From the NCBI GenBank assembly GCA_963793265.1, contig CAWBZI010000001.1:1440001-1504000 (forward strand): 64,000 nucleotides of DNA. The letters run 5' to 3'. Shown in pieces: positions 31,459 through 41,399 of the stretch. A model generated the notes under the pieces. That model saw only the letters and a list, made by a program, of their open reading frames with translations. It had not been told where the DNA came from and ran no database searches. Each line of letters opens with the position of its first letter. The first letter of the stretch is position 1. Source of the stretch: an uncultured cyanobacterium (GTDB taxonomy: Bacteria > Cyanobacteriota > Cyanobacteriia > Phormidesmidales > Phormidesmidaceae). Made by a program: the position numbers and the translations under genes.

Positions 31459-34347
31459 ATGGGATGGCCTTGGCAGCGAAAGGAGAAGCAGGCGCAGAGT
31501 GAGCCCGTGTTGGAGCCGCTATCTGATCGCCAGTACGAGCAGTTGTTTTTGGCTTTGTTAAAGGATGTTGAGGAAGGGCGATCGCTTCAGCAACTGCAGG
31601 CTCGACTTGGTGGGCGGCAGCAGGATAGTAGCTTTGTTAGCTGGTTGAGGCGGTTTGGGCGATCGCGATTAGAAAATCCGGCAGCACATGTGGCATTGGG
31701 ACAACAGATGGTTGCACTAGCAGAGGTTGAGCTAGGGCCATTGAGTGTACTTTCGGGTGAAATCGGCAAGCAGTTGCTAACACAGGATGCAGCGCCGAGA
31801 TCTGAGGCTCTATCGGATGAACCGCAGCCTGCTCAGGTGATAGATGAAGAAACGACTACGGAAGAGATCACTAGGCGAGCGGACTTTTACTTTCAGCAGG
31901 GGAAAGAATCTTATTATCAAGGTGATTTGAGAGGAGCGATCACTGCATATAACAAAGCTCTGGATATCAACCCTTATTTATATGGAGTGTTGGTTAACAA
32001 AGGTGTATCCCTTGCCCAGTTAGGGCTATACGATGCTGCACTCGTTGTCTACAACCAAGCTCTAGGAAATAAGCCCGATGATTATATAGTACTCACTAAT
32101 AAAGGTGGATTGCTTGCCAAATTAGGCAACTATGAGGCTGCAATCACTCTCTATAATCAAGCCTTGACAATAGAATCAGATGATTACGTAACACTCTACA
32201 ACAAAGGCATAGCGCTTGTTGAACTGGGACAATACGAAGAGGCAATTGCAATCTACGACCAAGTTCTAGAAACCAAGACCGACTTGCACGAAGTGTTCTA
32301 CAACAAAGGTATAGCGCTCGCTAGCTCAAGACAATATGAAGCTGCAATCGCTGCCTACGATCAATCTCTAGAAATCAAGCCTGACAAGCGTTCAGCACTT
32401 GTCAATAAAGGTATAGCACTTGCTAACCTCGGGGGACAGTATGAAGCTGCAATCATGGCTTTTGATCAAGCCCTATCCATCAACCCAGATGATCATGGCA
32501 CTTGGATAAATAGGGGTGTAGCTGTCAGCAAATCCATCAGATGTAATACGTCAATAACCTTTTCTTTGCCTGCTCTGCTACGGCACGAATCCCTAGACAA
32601 ACGCGGCTACGAAGGTAGAATTGCCTGCTACACCATCGGGCTCAGACATGTCCACAAAGACAAAGATCCAGAAGGCTGGGGCTTACTCCATCACGAAAAG
32701 GGCCGCGCTCACTACTTCCATAGTCGCTCCCTGGCCAACGCATCTATCTACCTCGCCCAAGCCACCGACGCTTACGGCAAAGCTCTCGCCACGCTCACCG
32801 CCTTCCCCACACGCCATCTCGCTGTCTGCCAGGACGCTATCCGTGCCTACCTCGGCCTCAACAAAGCCGAAATAGCTAACCAATACCGTGAAGAAGGACT
32901 TCAACTTTTCCGCCAGCTTCTCAACGAAGCCCCAACCCTATCCGCAAAGCGCCGTCTAGAAACGCAGTTTTCCGGCTTTAGCCAGCTCCAAGTCGATACC
33001 CTCTTGAAAACCAACAGCCCCAACACTGCCCTAGAGACCGCCGAACGCTACAAAAACCGAACCCTCACCTGGCTTCTCGACACTTGGAAAGAACAAACCA
33101 TCAGCCCAAGCTGGGCCGACATGCAAACGCTACTTACTCCCAGCACCGCCGCTATCTTCTGGCACCTCAGCTCCGATACCCTCACCACTTTCCTCCTCTC
33201 CTCAGACTCAGCCGACCCACAAGTTATCTCCACCGCTTCAGCCGAAGCCTTCAATCAGTGGAACAAAGACTGGCAGCAGCGCTACCAAACCTATCGAAAA
33301 AAGAGCAAAGCCACTGATGACACAGATACAGAGAGAGATAGACCTAACCATCCCTGGCGACTGAACCTCAGCAAAGACCTACAAACCCTCAGTGAAATCC
33401 TAAACATATCTCGAATAGAAACCGCGCTCACCGATTGCGATTACCTCATCCTCATTCCTCACAGGCAGCTCCACCAGCTTCCTCTCCACGCCCTATTCAC
33501 AGATGCATTCATTACTACCTATCTTCCCAGTATCCAAGCTGGCCTCACCCTTCAGCATAAGGCCAGGCAAAAATCTCAAAGCACCTCACCACCTCACCCA
33601 GCACTACTTCTCGAAACCCCAGCAAGTAACCGCTACGAGCCGCTCATCTTCGCTGAAGTAGAAACTGCCCTCATTGCCTATCTCTGCCAACAAAGCGATC
33701 AGCAACCCACTCTCATCGATAGCGCCCAAGCCCACAATCAAACTCTCATCGCCACCCTTCAACAGCCCCACTGCCTCTTTCACTTCACTGGCCACGCTGC
33801 CCACGACTATCGCCACCCGCAAAACTCTGCCCTAGCCCTCATAGGCGAAGACACCCTGAGCGCTGCCGAAGTCGCCACGCTTCCTCTCAAAACTTATGGT
33901 CTAGTAACGCTTGCTGCCTGCGAAACTGCCGTAGCCGGACAAGAAAACCTCGAAACCGACTACGTAGGCTTATCCAGTGCCTTTCTTACCGCCGGAGCAG
34001 CCCAGGTCATCAGCACCCTCTGGACTGTAGACTCGCAATCTAACGCCTGGCTCATGGTGAACTTCTATCAGCGCTACCTCACGGGTACTTCTGCCTCTCT
34101 TGCCCTACACCAAGCACAGCAATGGCTTCGCACCGCTACCTATACACAGCTTGCCGACTGGCTAGCATCCTTAAACACACCATCCTTCTGTCAGCATTGT
34201 ACCGCAGATGAAGATGAAACCTTAGTTGGTAAAATAGGGGAATATAGAGACAAATCCAGAGATTTAGACCTGAGTCAAACACCCTACGCGAACCCTTACT
34301 ACTGGGCAGCGTTCACCCTCACTGGGTATCACCATGAAAGCGAATGA
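31459..34347 (+). CDS. TPR-CHAT (caspase HetF-associated) protease
   Basis: Helical N-domain, six full TPRs plus one partial, CHAT motifs LILIPH..LHQLPLHAL, HFTGHA, LAACET, FLTAGA..VISTLW, YYWAAFTLTG. Confidence 0.92.
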   Translation: MGWPWQRKEKQAQSEPVLEPLSDRQYEQLFLALLKDVEEGRSLQQLQARLGGRQQDSSFVSWLRRFGRSRLENPAAHVALGQQMVALAEVELGPLSVLSGEIGKQLLTQDAAPRSEALSDEPQPAQVIDEETTTEEITRRADFYFQQGKESYYQGDLRGAITAYNKALDINPYLYGVLVNKGVSLAQLGLYDAALVVYNQALGNKPDDYIVLTNKGGLLAKLGNYEAAITLYNQALTIESDDYVTLYNKGIALVELGQYEEAIAIYDQVLETKTDLHEVFYNKGIALASSRQYEAAIAAYDQSLEIKPDKRSALVNKGIALANLGGQYEAAIMAFDQALSINPDDHGTWINRGVAVSKSIRCNTSITFSLPALLRHESLDKRGYEGRIACYTIGLRHVHKDKDPEGWGLLHHEKGRAHYFHSRSLANASIYLAQATDAYGKALATLTAFPTRHLAVCQDAIRAYLGLNKAEIANQYREEGLQLFRQLLNEAPTLSAKRRLETQFSGFSQLQVDTLLKTNSPNTALETAERYKNRTLTWLLDTWKEQTISPSWADMQTLLTPSTAAIFWHLSSDTLTTFLLSSDSADPQVISTASAEAFNQWNKDWQQRYQTYRKKSKATDDTDTERDRPNHPWRLNLSKDLQTLSEILNISRIETALTDCDYLILIPHRQLHQLPLHALFTDAFITTYLPSIQAGLTLQHKARQKSQSTSPPHPALLLETPASNRYEPLIFAEVETALIAYLCQQSDQQPTLIDSAQAHNQTLIATLQQPHCLFHFTGHAAHDYRHPQNSALALIGEDTLSAAEVATLPLKTYGLVTLAACETAVAGQENLETDYVGLSSAFLTAGAAQVISTLWTVDSQSNAWLMVNFYQRYLTGTSASLALHQAQQWLRTATYTQLADWLASLNTPSFCQHCTADEDETLVGKIGEYRDKSRDLDLSQTPYANPYYWAAFTLTGYHHESE

Positions 34348-35134
34348 AGCCCTTACTTTAGATGCCTGCTTGCTGGCACTGTTGCACTACGGCGACAGCG
34401 TACCCCTCCACCTGCACAAGCAAATCCAGATGGCTAACCAGCAGCTTGCCAATCGCCAACCCGGCGCTGTCAAGCAGCTCAAAAACGTGCTCCAGCAAGA
34501 CAAGCAGCTAGATCAACTGTATGCCGCTTCTCGCAACTATCTGGCGACTCAATACGGCCAGCAGGAGAGAGCGAAAAGTGTCTTTGGCGTAGGCACTCTG
34601 CCGATGCCCTCTATAAGACCCAGCTTGGCACCCGCTACCGGCTCTAATGGCTTTAGTTTTGGTTTAGTCGATTTAGCGACGGATATTTTGAGTAGTCCTG
34701 ATGCCAACTACCGGATCAAAGCGCAGCAAGTGTTAAGGCGACCGCAACTGCAAAGGCAGCTCGAAAAGGCGTCTGAAGAATTGCGAGTATCAGCCCAAGA
34801 GCTTTCTAAAGCTGCCAATCGGCTGCATCCTACCAAGGTGGCCATCATGAAAAAGATAGAAAACAACTTTTTTACCCTAGACGATGTTGCCTACAGCCTC
34901 GAACTTCCAGTAGAAAACGCACAGCGCTACATAAAATCCCTTTGGAATGAGGGCTATGTTCGTCCGACTTCTGGAAACCTCTTGAAGCAACTATGGCTAT
35001 CGTGGAAAGGGGCTCCGGCTTTAGAAGACTTACCTGATATCGAAACCTCTCTGGCTCTGACAACCAAAGGCCATTTTTACCTGCATCCTGGTACCTTGGG
35101 TAACTACTTGAACAGAAAGCGGAGGTATGCATAA
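34334..35134 (+). CDS. Hypothetical protein, N-terminal helical domain and C-terminal winged-helix-like domain
   Basis: Overlaps the CHAT stop by 14 nt; FTLDDVAYSLELPVENAQRYIKSLWNEGYV...LALTTKG resembles wHTH. Confidence 0.7.
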   Translation: MKANEALTLDACLLALLHYGDSVPLHLHKQIQMANQQLANRQPGAVKQLKNVLQQDKQLDQLYAASRNYLATQYGQQERAKSVFGVGTLPMPSIRPSLAPATGSNGFSFGLVDLATDILSSPDANYRIKAQQVLRRPQLQRQLEKASEELRVSAQELSKAANRLHPTKVAIMKKIENNFFTLDDVAYSLELPVENAQRYIKSLWNEGYVRPTSGNLLKQLWLSWKGAPALEDLPDIETSLALTTKGHFYLHPGTLGNYLNRKRRYA

Positions 35135-35137
35135 GCA

Positions 35138-35905
35138 ATGCAGCAGGGTATTGCTTGGTTGCCTCAGCTTTTAGTTACTTCAGTGCCCGGCGTCATCAAT
35201 GTTTGGCTATCTGGCGGCGAGCAGAGGAAGGAGTTTCAGCAAAAGCTTCCCATTTTTGGACCGTCAAAGAGTCCGGCGTGGTGGTTTTTGCAACTGGTTC
35301 AGTTTTTAGTTCCTGCTGCCTTGTTTTGGTGGGCAGCGCCTGCCGCCTTTCGGATTCCACCGCCTGCTGTAACTCGGCCACTCGATTTTGTAATGTGGGC
35401 CAATGCGATTGCCTTCGGTTGGGGTTTTGTGGCTCTTATCAATGCACCAATCAGCATTCTTTCCGCAGGAATGCTGGAGCCTGGCACGATATATGCAAGG
35501 TTAGTCAGAAACCTGTACGAAACAATAGACAACAGAGAAAAGCCCAAAATGCGGCGGTTCCGACGAGAGCTAATAGTCGAGCTTGAGAAAACACCTCACT
35601 TCTCAAATAAAGGGTTTGATGATTTGGCTGAATGCTTAGGCGTTTCGTTTGATCTGCTGAGTAATCAGAGTTTACCGCTCGATAGCAGAACCGAATCCAT
35701 CGTCCGTAAAGTAAACGCTATTAAAGCTCAGCCTACGCAAGCGCAAAAGGCAACAGAGATTGTCAAACTGCTAAGAACCGAAGAAGTCCTCACTGTTCAC
35801 GACTGGCCAGAACTCATCCGCGCCTTTGGTGGACGAGATGTTTTCATTCAGCGCTACTTTAAAGTTCGTCCATCTCCTAAAAAAGGTAGTCGCTCGCATC
35901 CATAG
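35138..35905 (+). CDS. Hypothetical multi-pass membrane protein
   Basis: About three hydrophobic segments in the first ~110 aa, then a charged helical domain; starts 3 nt after the preceding stop. Confidence 0.72.
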   Translation: MQQGIAWLPQLLVTSVPGVINVWLSGGEQRKEFQQKLPIFGPSKSPAWWFLQLVQFLVPAALFWWAAPAAFRIPPPAVTRPLDFVMWANAIAFGWGFVALINAPISILSAGMLEPGTIYARLVRNLYETIDNREKPKMRRFRRELIVELEKTPHFSNKGFDDLAECLGVSFDLLSNQSLPLDSRTESIVRKVNAIKAQPTQAQKATEIVKLLRTEEVLTVHDWPELIRAFGGRDVFIQRYFKVRPSPKKGSRSHP

Positions 35906-35950
35906 CCTTGTAGTACGCTGATAGACTGCAATCTCTATTAGCTAACCTAT

Positions 35951-37399
35951 ATGTCTGTTCGCGTTCGCATTGCCCCTAGCCCTACTGGAAACCTACACAT
36001 CGGTACGGCTCGCACGGCGGTCTTTAACTGGCTGTTTGCTCGCAATCAAGGCGGTCAGTTTTTACTGCGAATTGAAGATACTGACTTAGAGCGCTCTAAG
36101 GACGAGTATACGCAGAACATTATGGACGGGCTGAAGTGGCTGGGGATGGATTGGGATGAAGGCCCGTTCTATCAGTCGCAGCGGATGGAGATGTACCGCG
36201 AGAAGATTCAGGAATTATTAGATAAAGGGCTGGCGTATCGGGCGTATGAGACGCCGGATGAGCTGAATGCGATGCGTGAGGCGCAGCAGGCTCGGAAGGA
36301 AGCGCCACGCTATAACAATCAGCATCGTAACCTCACAGATGAGCAGGTTGCGGCATTTGAGGCTGAAGGTCGGCAGGCCGTGATTCGCTTCAAGATTGAT
36401 GATGGTCGTGAGGTGAAGTGGAATGACCTTGTGCGCGGCAATGTGAGCTGGAAGGGGCGCGACTTAGGTGGCGATATGGTGGTGTCCAGGGCGGCATCTA
36501 AGGGAGATGTGGGTCAGCCGCTCTACAACTTTGTGGTGGTGGTGGATGATGCGGATATGAAAATTAGCCATGTGATTCGCGGGGAGGATCATGTGGGGAA
36601 TACGCCGAAGCAGATTTTGCTGTATGAGGCGATGGGAATGGAGGTGCCGGTGTTTGCGCATACGCCGCTGATTTTGAATGAGTCGGGAGCGAAGCTGTCT
36701 AAGCGCGATGGCGTGACTTCGGTGGGCGATTTTCAGGAGATGGGCTTTACGGCTGAGGCGCTGGCGAACTATATGACGCTGCTGGGCTGGTCTGCACCGG
36801 ATACGCAAGAGCTATTTACGCTCGAAGACGCTGCCAAGCTGTTTAGCTTTGATCGGGTGAATAAGGCGGGCGCTAAGTTCGATTGGGATAAGCTCGACTG
36901 GATCAATAGCCAGTATTTACATGAGAAACCGGCTAAGGAACTTTTGCCGATGCTGATGCCCTATTGGGATGAGGTAGGCTACGGGTTTGATGCTGAAGCT
37001 GATAAGGAATGGCTGCTGCCTTTGACGGCGATGATTGCGCCTAGTTTGACGCGGCTAAAAGACTGTGTGGAGCTGGGTCACTTCTTTGTTAAGCCGACGA
37101 TGGACTTTAGTGATAAGGCAAAGGAGCAGCTTGGTAAAGAAGGTGTGGCTGAGGCGATGCAGGCCGTGATAGAGGCTTTGAAAGATACGGAGGTGTACGG
37201 GGCTGAGGCGGCTAAGGGTGTGATTAATCAGGTGACGAAGGCGCAGGGGGTGAAGAAGGGATTGGTTATGCGATCGCTCAGAGCCGCCCTCATGGGAGAC
37301 ATGCAAGGCCCCGATCTCGTCGAATCCTGGATGATTCTGCACCGTAGAGGATTCGATCAGCAGCGGCTAGAAGCGGCTGTCTCAATCGCAAAGGGTTAG
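35951..37399 (+). CDS. gltX: Glutamate--tRNA ligase
   Basis: [31 protein letters not shown]. Confidence 0.98.
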   Translation: MSVRVRIAPSPTGNLHIGTARTAVFNWLFARNQGGQFLLRIEDTDLERSKDEYTQNIMDGLKWLGMDWDEGPFYQSQRMEMYREKIQELLDKGLAYRAYETPDELNAMREAQQARKEAPRYNNQHRNLTDEQVAAFEAEGRQAVIRFKIDDGREVKWNDLVRGNVSWKGRDLGGDMVVSRAASKGDVGQPLYNFVVVVDDADMKISHVIRGEDHVGNTPKQILLYEAMGMEVPVFAHTPLILNESGAKLSKRDGVTSVGDFQEMGFTAEALANYMTLLGWSAPDTQELFTLEDAAKLFSFDRVNKAGAKFDWDKLDWINSQYLHEKPAKELLPMLMPYWDEVGYGFDAEADKEWLLPLTAMIAPSLTRLKDCVELGHFFVKPTMDFSDKAKEQLGKEGVAEAMQAVIEALKDTEVYGAEAAKGVINQVTKAQGVKKGLVMRSLRAALMGDMQGPDLVESWMILHRRGFDQQRLEAAVSIAKG

Positions 37400-37703
37400 G
37401 CTAAACGATCCCCGAAATTTACTTAGGCACTACAAAAAAGCGGTGATTTCGGAATTCTCTTTGTCTGATGTAGAGAATTTACGTTAAATTTAGTAAAGAC
37501 AAGTCTCATAAAACTTGTGATCGCTTAGCAATCTGTTACTGGCAGTCAGTATTTTTACTCATCTGCCCATGTAATAGAGCTGCTAGTCGGTTTCCAAGTC
37601 GCGAGCACCGCACGCAACACTTTTGCATTGCCTCATCAGGAGGATGTTTGCACCAGCCCCTTGCCTGCGGCCTATCTATTCACAACAGAGGCTAACCGAG
37701 TTT

Positions 37704-39599
37704 ATGAAAAACTTCTCTTGGAGAACTGCTCTACTGTGGACACTGCCCATTCTCGTGGTTGGATTTTTCCTTTGGCAGAGTTCCGTCGGTAGCGCAAATC
37801 CCGTAGATTCAGGTCGTAACACTGCTAGCACTAGCATGACCTACGGCAGATTCTTGGATTATTTGGACGCCGGGCGCGTTACGAGCGTCGATTTCTATGA
37901 CAGTGGCCGGACTGCTATTGTCGAAGCCGTCGATCCTCAAATTGATAACAAAGTGCAGCGCTGGCGCGTTGACTTGCCTGGTAACGCACCTGAGTTAGTC
38001 GAACGTCTGCGGACATCCGATATCAGCCTGGATTCTCACCAGCCTCGCAACGATGGTGCAATTGTCGGCATTCTTGGCAACCTCCTATTCCCCATCCTGC
38101 TAATCGGTGGCCTATTCTTCTTGTTCCGTCGCTCTAACGGCGGTGCCGGTGGCCCCGGTCAGGCGATGAACTTTGGTAAGTCCAAAGCTCGCTTCATGAT
38201 GGAAGCCAATACGGGCGTTATGTTTGATGACGTAGCCGGTATTGAAGAAGCCAAAGAAGAGCTACAAGAGGTTGTTACCTTCTTGAAGAAGCCTGAGCGA
38301 TTTACTGCAATTGGCGCGCGCATTCCTAAAGGTGTGCTGCTTGTTGGCCCTCCTGGTACAGGTAAGACGCTTTTGGCTAAGGCGATCGCAGGCGAAGCCG
38401 GTACCCCCTTCTTCTCCATCTCAGGTTCTGAGTTCGTTGAAATGTTTGTCGGTGTCGGTGCCTCTCGTGTGCGCGACCTGTTCAAAAAAGCAAAAGAGAA
38501 CGCACCTTGCATCATCTTTATCGACGAGATTGATGCTGTAGGCCGCTCTCGTGGTGCAGGTATCGGTGGTGGTAACGACGAGCGTGAGCAAACGCTTAAC
38601 CAGCTCCTCACCGAGATGGACGGTTTTGAAGGCAACACTGGCATTATTGTCATTGCGGCTACTAACCGCGCCGACGTGCTTGACTCGGCGCTACTGCGTC
38701 CCGGTCGCTTTGACCGTCAAGTATCGGTCGATCCACCAGATATTAAAGGTCGTCGTGAAGTGCTTGAGGTTCACGCTCGCAATAAGAAAGTCGCTGATGA
38801 TATTTCTTTGGATGCGATCGCTCGTCGCACTCCTGGTTTTACAGGTGCAGATCTAGCAAACCTTCTCAACGAAGCTGCCATTCTCACCGCCCGTCGCCGA
38901 AAAGAAGCAGTCACTATGCTCGAAATCGACGACGCTATCGACCGCGTAGTCGCGGGTATGGAAGGCACACCGCTTACTGACGGTAAGAGCAAGCGACTGA
39001 TTGCCTACCACGAGGTCGGCCATGCGATTATCGCCACTATGATCAAAGCCCACGACCCTCTACAGAAGGTCACGCTGATCCCTCGCGGACAGGCTCAGGG
39101 TTTGACCTGGTTCACGCCTAGCGAAGACCAGATGTTGATTTCTCGCGCTCAGCTTAAGGCCCGCATTTGTGGTGCTTTGGGTGGTCGTGCGGCTGAAGAT
39201 GTCATCTTCGGTGATGCTGAAATTACGACGGGCGCGGGTAACGACTTGCAGCAGGTAACGAACATGGCTCGCCAGATGGTGACTAAGTTCGGTATGTCAG
39301 AAGACCTCGGTCAGCTTGCCCTAGAGAGCGAGCAAGGCGAAGTATTCTTAGGCGGTAGCTGGGGCGGTCGCTCTGAGTACTCAGAGGAAATTGCCTCTCG
39401 CATTGACGCAGCCGTTCGCGAAATTGTGAAGAACTGCTACGCCGATACGGTGAACATCATTCGCGAAAACCGCGATGTAATTGACCGCGTAGTTGATCTG
39501 CTGATTGAGAAAGAATCGATTGACGGCGATGAGTTCCGTCAGATTGTGAGCGAGTACACAACCGTTCCTGAGAAAGAGCGTTTTGTGCCTCAAATCTAG
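37704..39599 (+). CDS. ftsH: ATP-dependent zinc metalloprotease FtsH (FtsH2 type)
   Basis: [12 protein letters not shown] start, two TMs, [13 protein letters not shown]. Confidence 0.97.
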   Translation: MKNFSWRTALLWTLPILVVGFFLWQSSVGSANPVDSGRNTASTSMTYGRFLDYLDAGRVTSVDFYDSGRTAIVEAVDPQIDNKVQRWRVDLPGNAPELVERLRTSDISLDSHQPRNDGAIVGILGNLLFPILLIGGLFFLFRRSNGGAGGPGQAMNFGKSKARFMMEANTGVMFDDVAGIEEAKEELQEVVTFLKKPERFTAIGARIPKGVLLVGPPGTGKTLLAKAIAGEAGTPFFSISGSEFVEMFVGVGASRVRDLFKKAKENAPCIIFIDEIDAVGRSRGAGIGGGNDEREQTLNQLLTEMDGFEGNTGIIVIAATNRADVLDSALLRPGRFDRQVSVDPPDIKGRREVLEVHARNKKVADDISLDAIARRTPGFTGADLANLLNEAAILTARRRKEAVTMLEIDDAIDRVVAGMEGTPLTDGKSKRLIAYHEVGHAIIATMIKAHDPLQKVTLIPRGQAQGLTWFTPSEDQMLISRAQLKARICGALGGRAAEDVIFGDAEITTGAGNDLQQVTNMARQMVTKFGMSEDLGQLALESEQGEVFLGGSWGGRSEYSEEIASRIDAAVREIVKNCYADTVNIIRENRDVIDRVVDLLIEKESIDGDEFRQIVSEYTTVPEKERFVPQI

Positions 39600-39615
39600 T
39601 CTCAAGTCGCATTCA

Positions 39616-39650
39616 CTGTAGGGGGCATAGCAGTGCTATGCCCCCTACAG
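39616..39650. repeat. Perfect GTAG-type REP-like palindrome
   Basis: CTGTAGGGGGCATAGCA-G-TGCTATGCCCCCTACAG (17-bp arms). Confidence 0.8.
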
Positions 39651-39665
39651 AATCGCAAGAAGACA

Positions 39666-39697
39666 AGGCCCATCGTTTAATCGGTGGGTCTTTTTTT
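39666..39697 (+). terminator. ftsH intrinsic terminator
   Basis: GGCCCATCG-tttaat-CGGTGGGTC then T-run. Confidence 0.7.
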
Positions 39698-39772
39698 GTC
39701 ACAGAAGCTTAAGAAAAGTTTTCATTTTGGAACATTTCTATTTAAGCTGATAGAGCCGTTCAGGTCTGTCTT

Positions 39773-40879
39773 ATGCCTACGCTCTACATTGCGGTGACAA
39801 ATCACGGCTTTGGTCATGCGACCCGAGCTGCTTCTGTGGCGACAGAAATTCGCCGTCAGGCTGAGGCTGCGGGCCTGCCGCTGAAGCTGATCATGGCGAC
39901 TAAAGCGCCGGTTTGGCTGCTAGATAGCTATTTAGATGGTGGCTACGCTCACCGCCCGGTCAGCTTTGATGTGGGGGTGCGGCAAAGTGACAGCCTGACA
40001 ATGGATAGGTCTTCTACGCTACGAGAAATGCAGGCCATTCAATCTCAGCAGGAGGCACTGATAGAGGCGGAGGCGGCATTCTTAAACGAGGCGCAGGTTG
40101 ATTTGGTCTTGGCTGATATTCCACCGCTGGTTGGGAAAATTGCGAAGGCGGCAGGGGTACCTTGCTGGTTCATTGGTAATTTTGGCTGGGATTTTATCTA
40201 TCGCCCCTGGGAAGAGTTTGGCGCGATCGCAGACTGGATTGGTGAATGCTTCAGCCACGGCGATCGCACCTTTCGCCTGCCCTTCTACGAGCCGATGTCG
40301 TCACTTCCTAACATCACAGACGTGGGATTAACTGGCGGCACACCTGCTTATGGCGAAGACAAATTGCGCAGTTTAATGCAAAGTGACGTGCCGCCTGAAC
40401 GCACAGTGCTACTCACCTTCGGCGGCTTAGGACTATCGTCTATTCCCTACAAAGCGCTGATAGATTTTCCTGACTGGCAGTTTATTACCTTCGATCAAAA
40501 CGCGCCTGATCTGCCAAATTTGTATAGCGTAAACGACCGCAAAATGCGCCCGGTAGACTGGATGATTGTGTGTGATCGCGTTTTCTCAAAACCCGGCTAC
40601 AGCACCTTTGCCGAAGCCTGCTTGCTAGACAAAGGCATCATCACTATCACTCGCGAGGGCTTTGCCGAAGCCCAAATTCTTATCGACGGCATTCAAAATC
40701 ACGCGCATCACCGCATTGTTGATGCCAGCGACTTTTTCAGCGGCGACTGGTCTTTTCTTACTCAAGACTTACACGCGCCTTGTAAGGATGAGAAGTTGGA
40801 TAAGGGCGGGCAAGGGGCGATCGCCTCAGCCGTCATTGAGCACCTCCAACAGGTGAGACAGCCGCTTATGCAACGTTGA
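39773..40879 (+). CDS. GT-B fold glycosyltransferase-like protein
   Basis: HGFGHATR, VLADIPP, LLTFGGLG, SKPGYSTFAE. Confidence 0.8.
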   Translation: MPTLYIAVTNHGFGHATRAASVATEIRRQAEAAGLPLKLIMATKAPVWLLDSYLDGGYAHRPVSFDVGVRQSDSLTMDRSSTLREMQAIQSQQEALIEAEAAFLNEAQVDLVLADIPPLVGKIAKAAGVPCWFIGNFGWDFIYRPWEEFGAIADWIGECFSHGDRTFRLPFYEPMSSLPNITDVGLTGGTPAYGEDKLRSLMQSDVPPERTVLLTFGGLGLSSIPYKALIDFPDWQFITFDQNAPDLPNLYSVNDRKMRPVDWMIVCDRVFSKPGYSTFAEACLLDKGIITITREGFAEAQILIDGIQNHAHHRIVDASDFFSGDWSFLTQDLHAPCKDEKLDKGGQGAIASAVIEHLQQVRQPLMQR

Positions 40880-40934
40880 TAACTCGCAAGTTGAGATAAA
40901 CTGAAGCCATATATTCAAACGTCTGTTTAGCTTT

Positions 40935-41384
40935 ATGGTGGCGACTCCAAACGCAGCTCAAATCCAACTTATTCAATACCAGCAGGTTTTGCGATTAACC
41001 TCTCAAGGAAAGTCCTTAGGACGGTTTACGCGAAAGGTGCAGGAGGCGGTCGCAGCTTCAAGCGTTCGTACGGGGTTGTGCTCTATTTTTGTGCGCCACA
41101 CGTCCGCGAGCCTAGTGATTCAGGAAAACGCCGACCCAGATGTGCTAGCCGATATGGAGACGTTTTTGTCTAAGCTGGTGCCTGAGGGCGACTATTACCA
41201 GCATAGTGATGAAGGGCCTGATGACATGCCTGCGCACATTCGCACGGCGCTGACGCATACCTCTGAGCAGATTCCGATTATGGATGGGCGATTGGCCTTA
41301 GGCACGTGGCAGGGGATTTATCTTTGGGAGCATCGCGATCGCCCCCAAACCCGAGAAGTTGTTGTTCATATTACCGGCCATTAA
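40935..41384 (+). CDS. yjbQ: YjbQ / UPF0047 family protein
   Basis: HTSASLVIQENADPDV, DDMPAHIR, LGTWQGIYLWEH. Confidence 0.92.
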   Translation: MVATPNAAQIQLIQYQQVLRLTSQGKSLGRFTRKVQEAVAASSVRTGLCSIFVRHTSASLVIQENADPDVLADMETFLSKLVPEGDYYQHSDEGPDDMPAHIRTALTHTSEQIPIMDGRLALGTWQGIYLWEHRDRPQTREVVVHITGH

Positions 41385-41399
41385 TTAGCCATCAATCAT

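Noticed and set aside
31459..35905. Assignment to type III-E Craspase, gasdermin or CATRA systems
   Set aside because: No Cas7-11, CRISPR repeats, gasdermin-like beta-rich protein or recognisable CATRA domain; analogy only
28283..35905. Prophage or integrative element
   Set aside because: No integrase, transposase, phage structural gene or flanking direct repeat found
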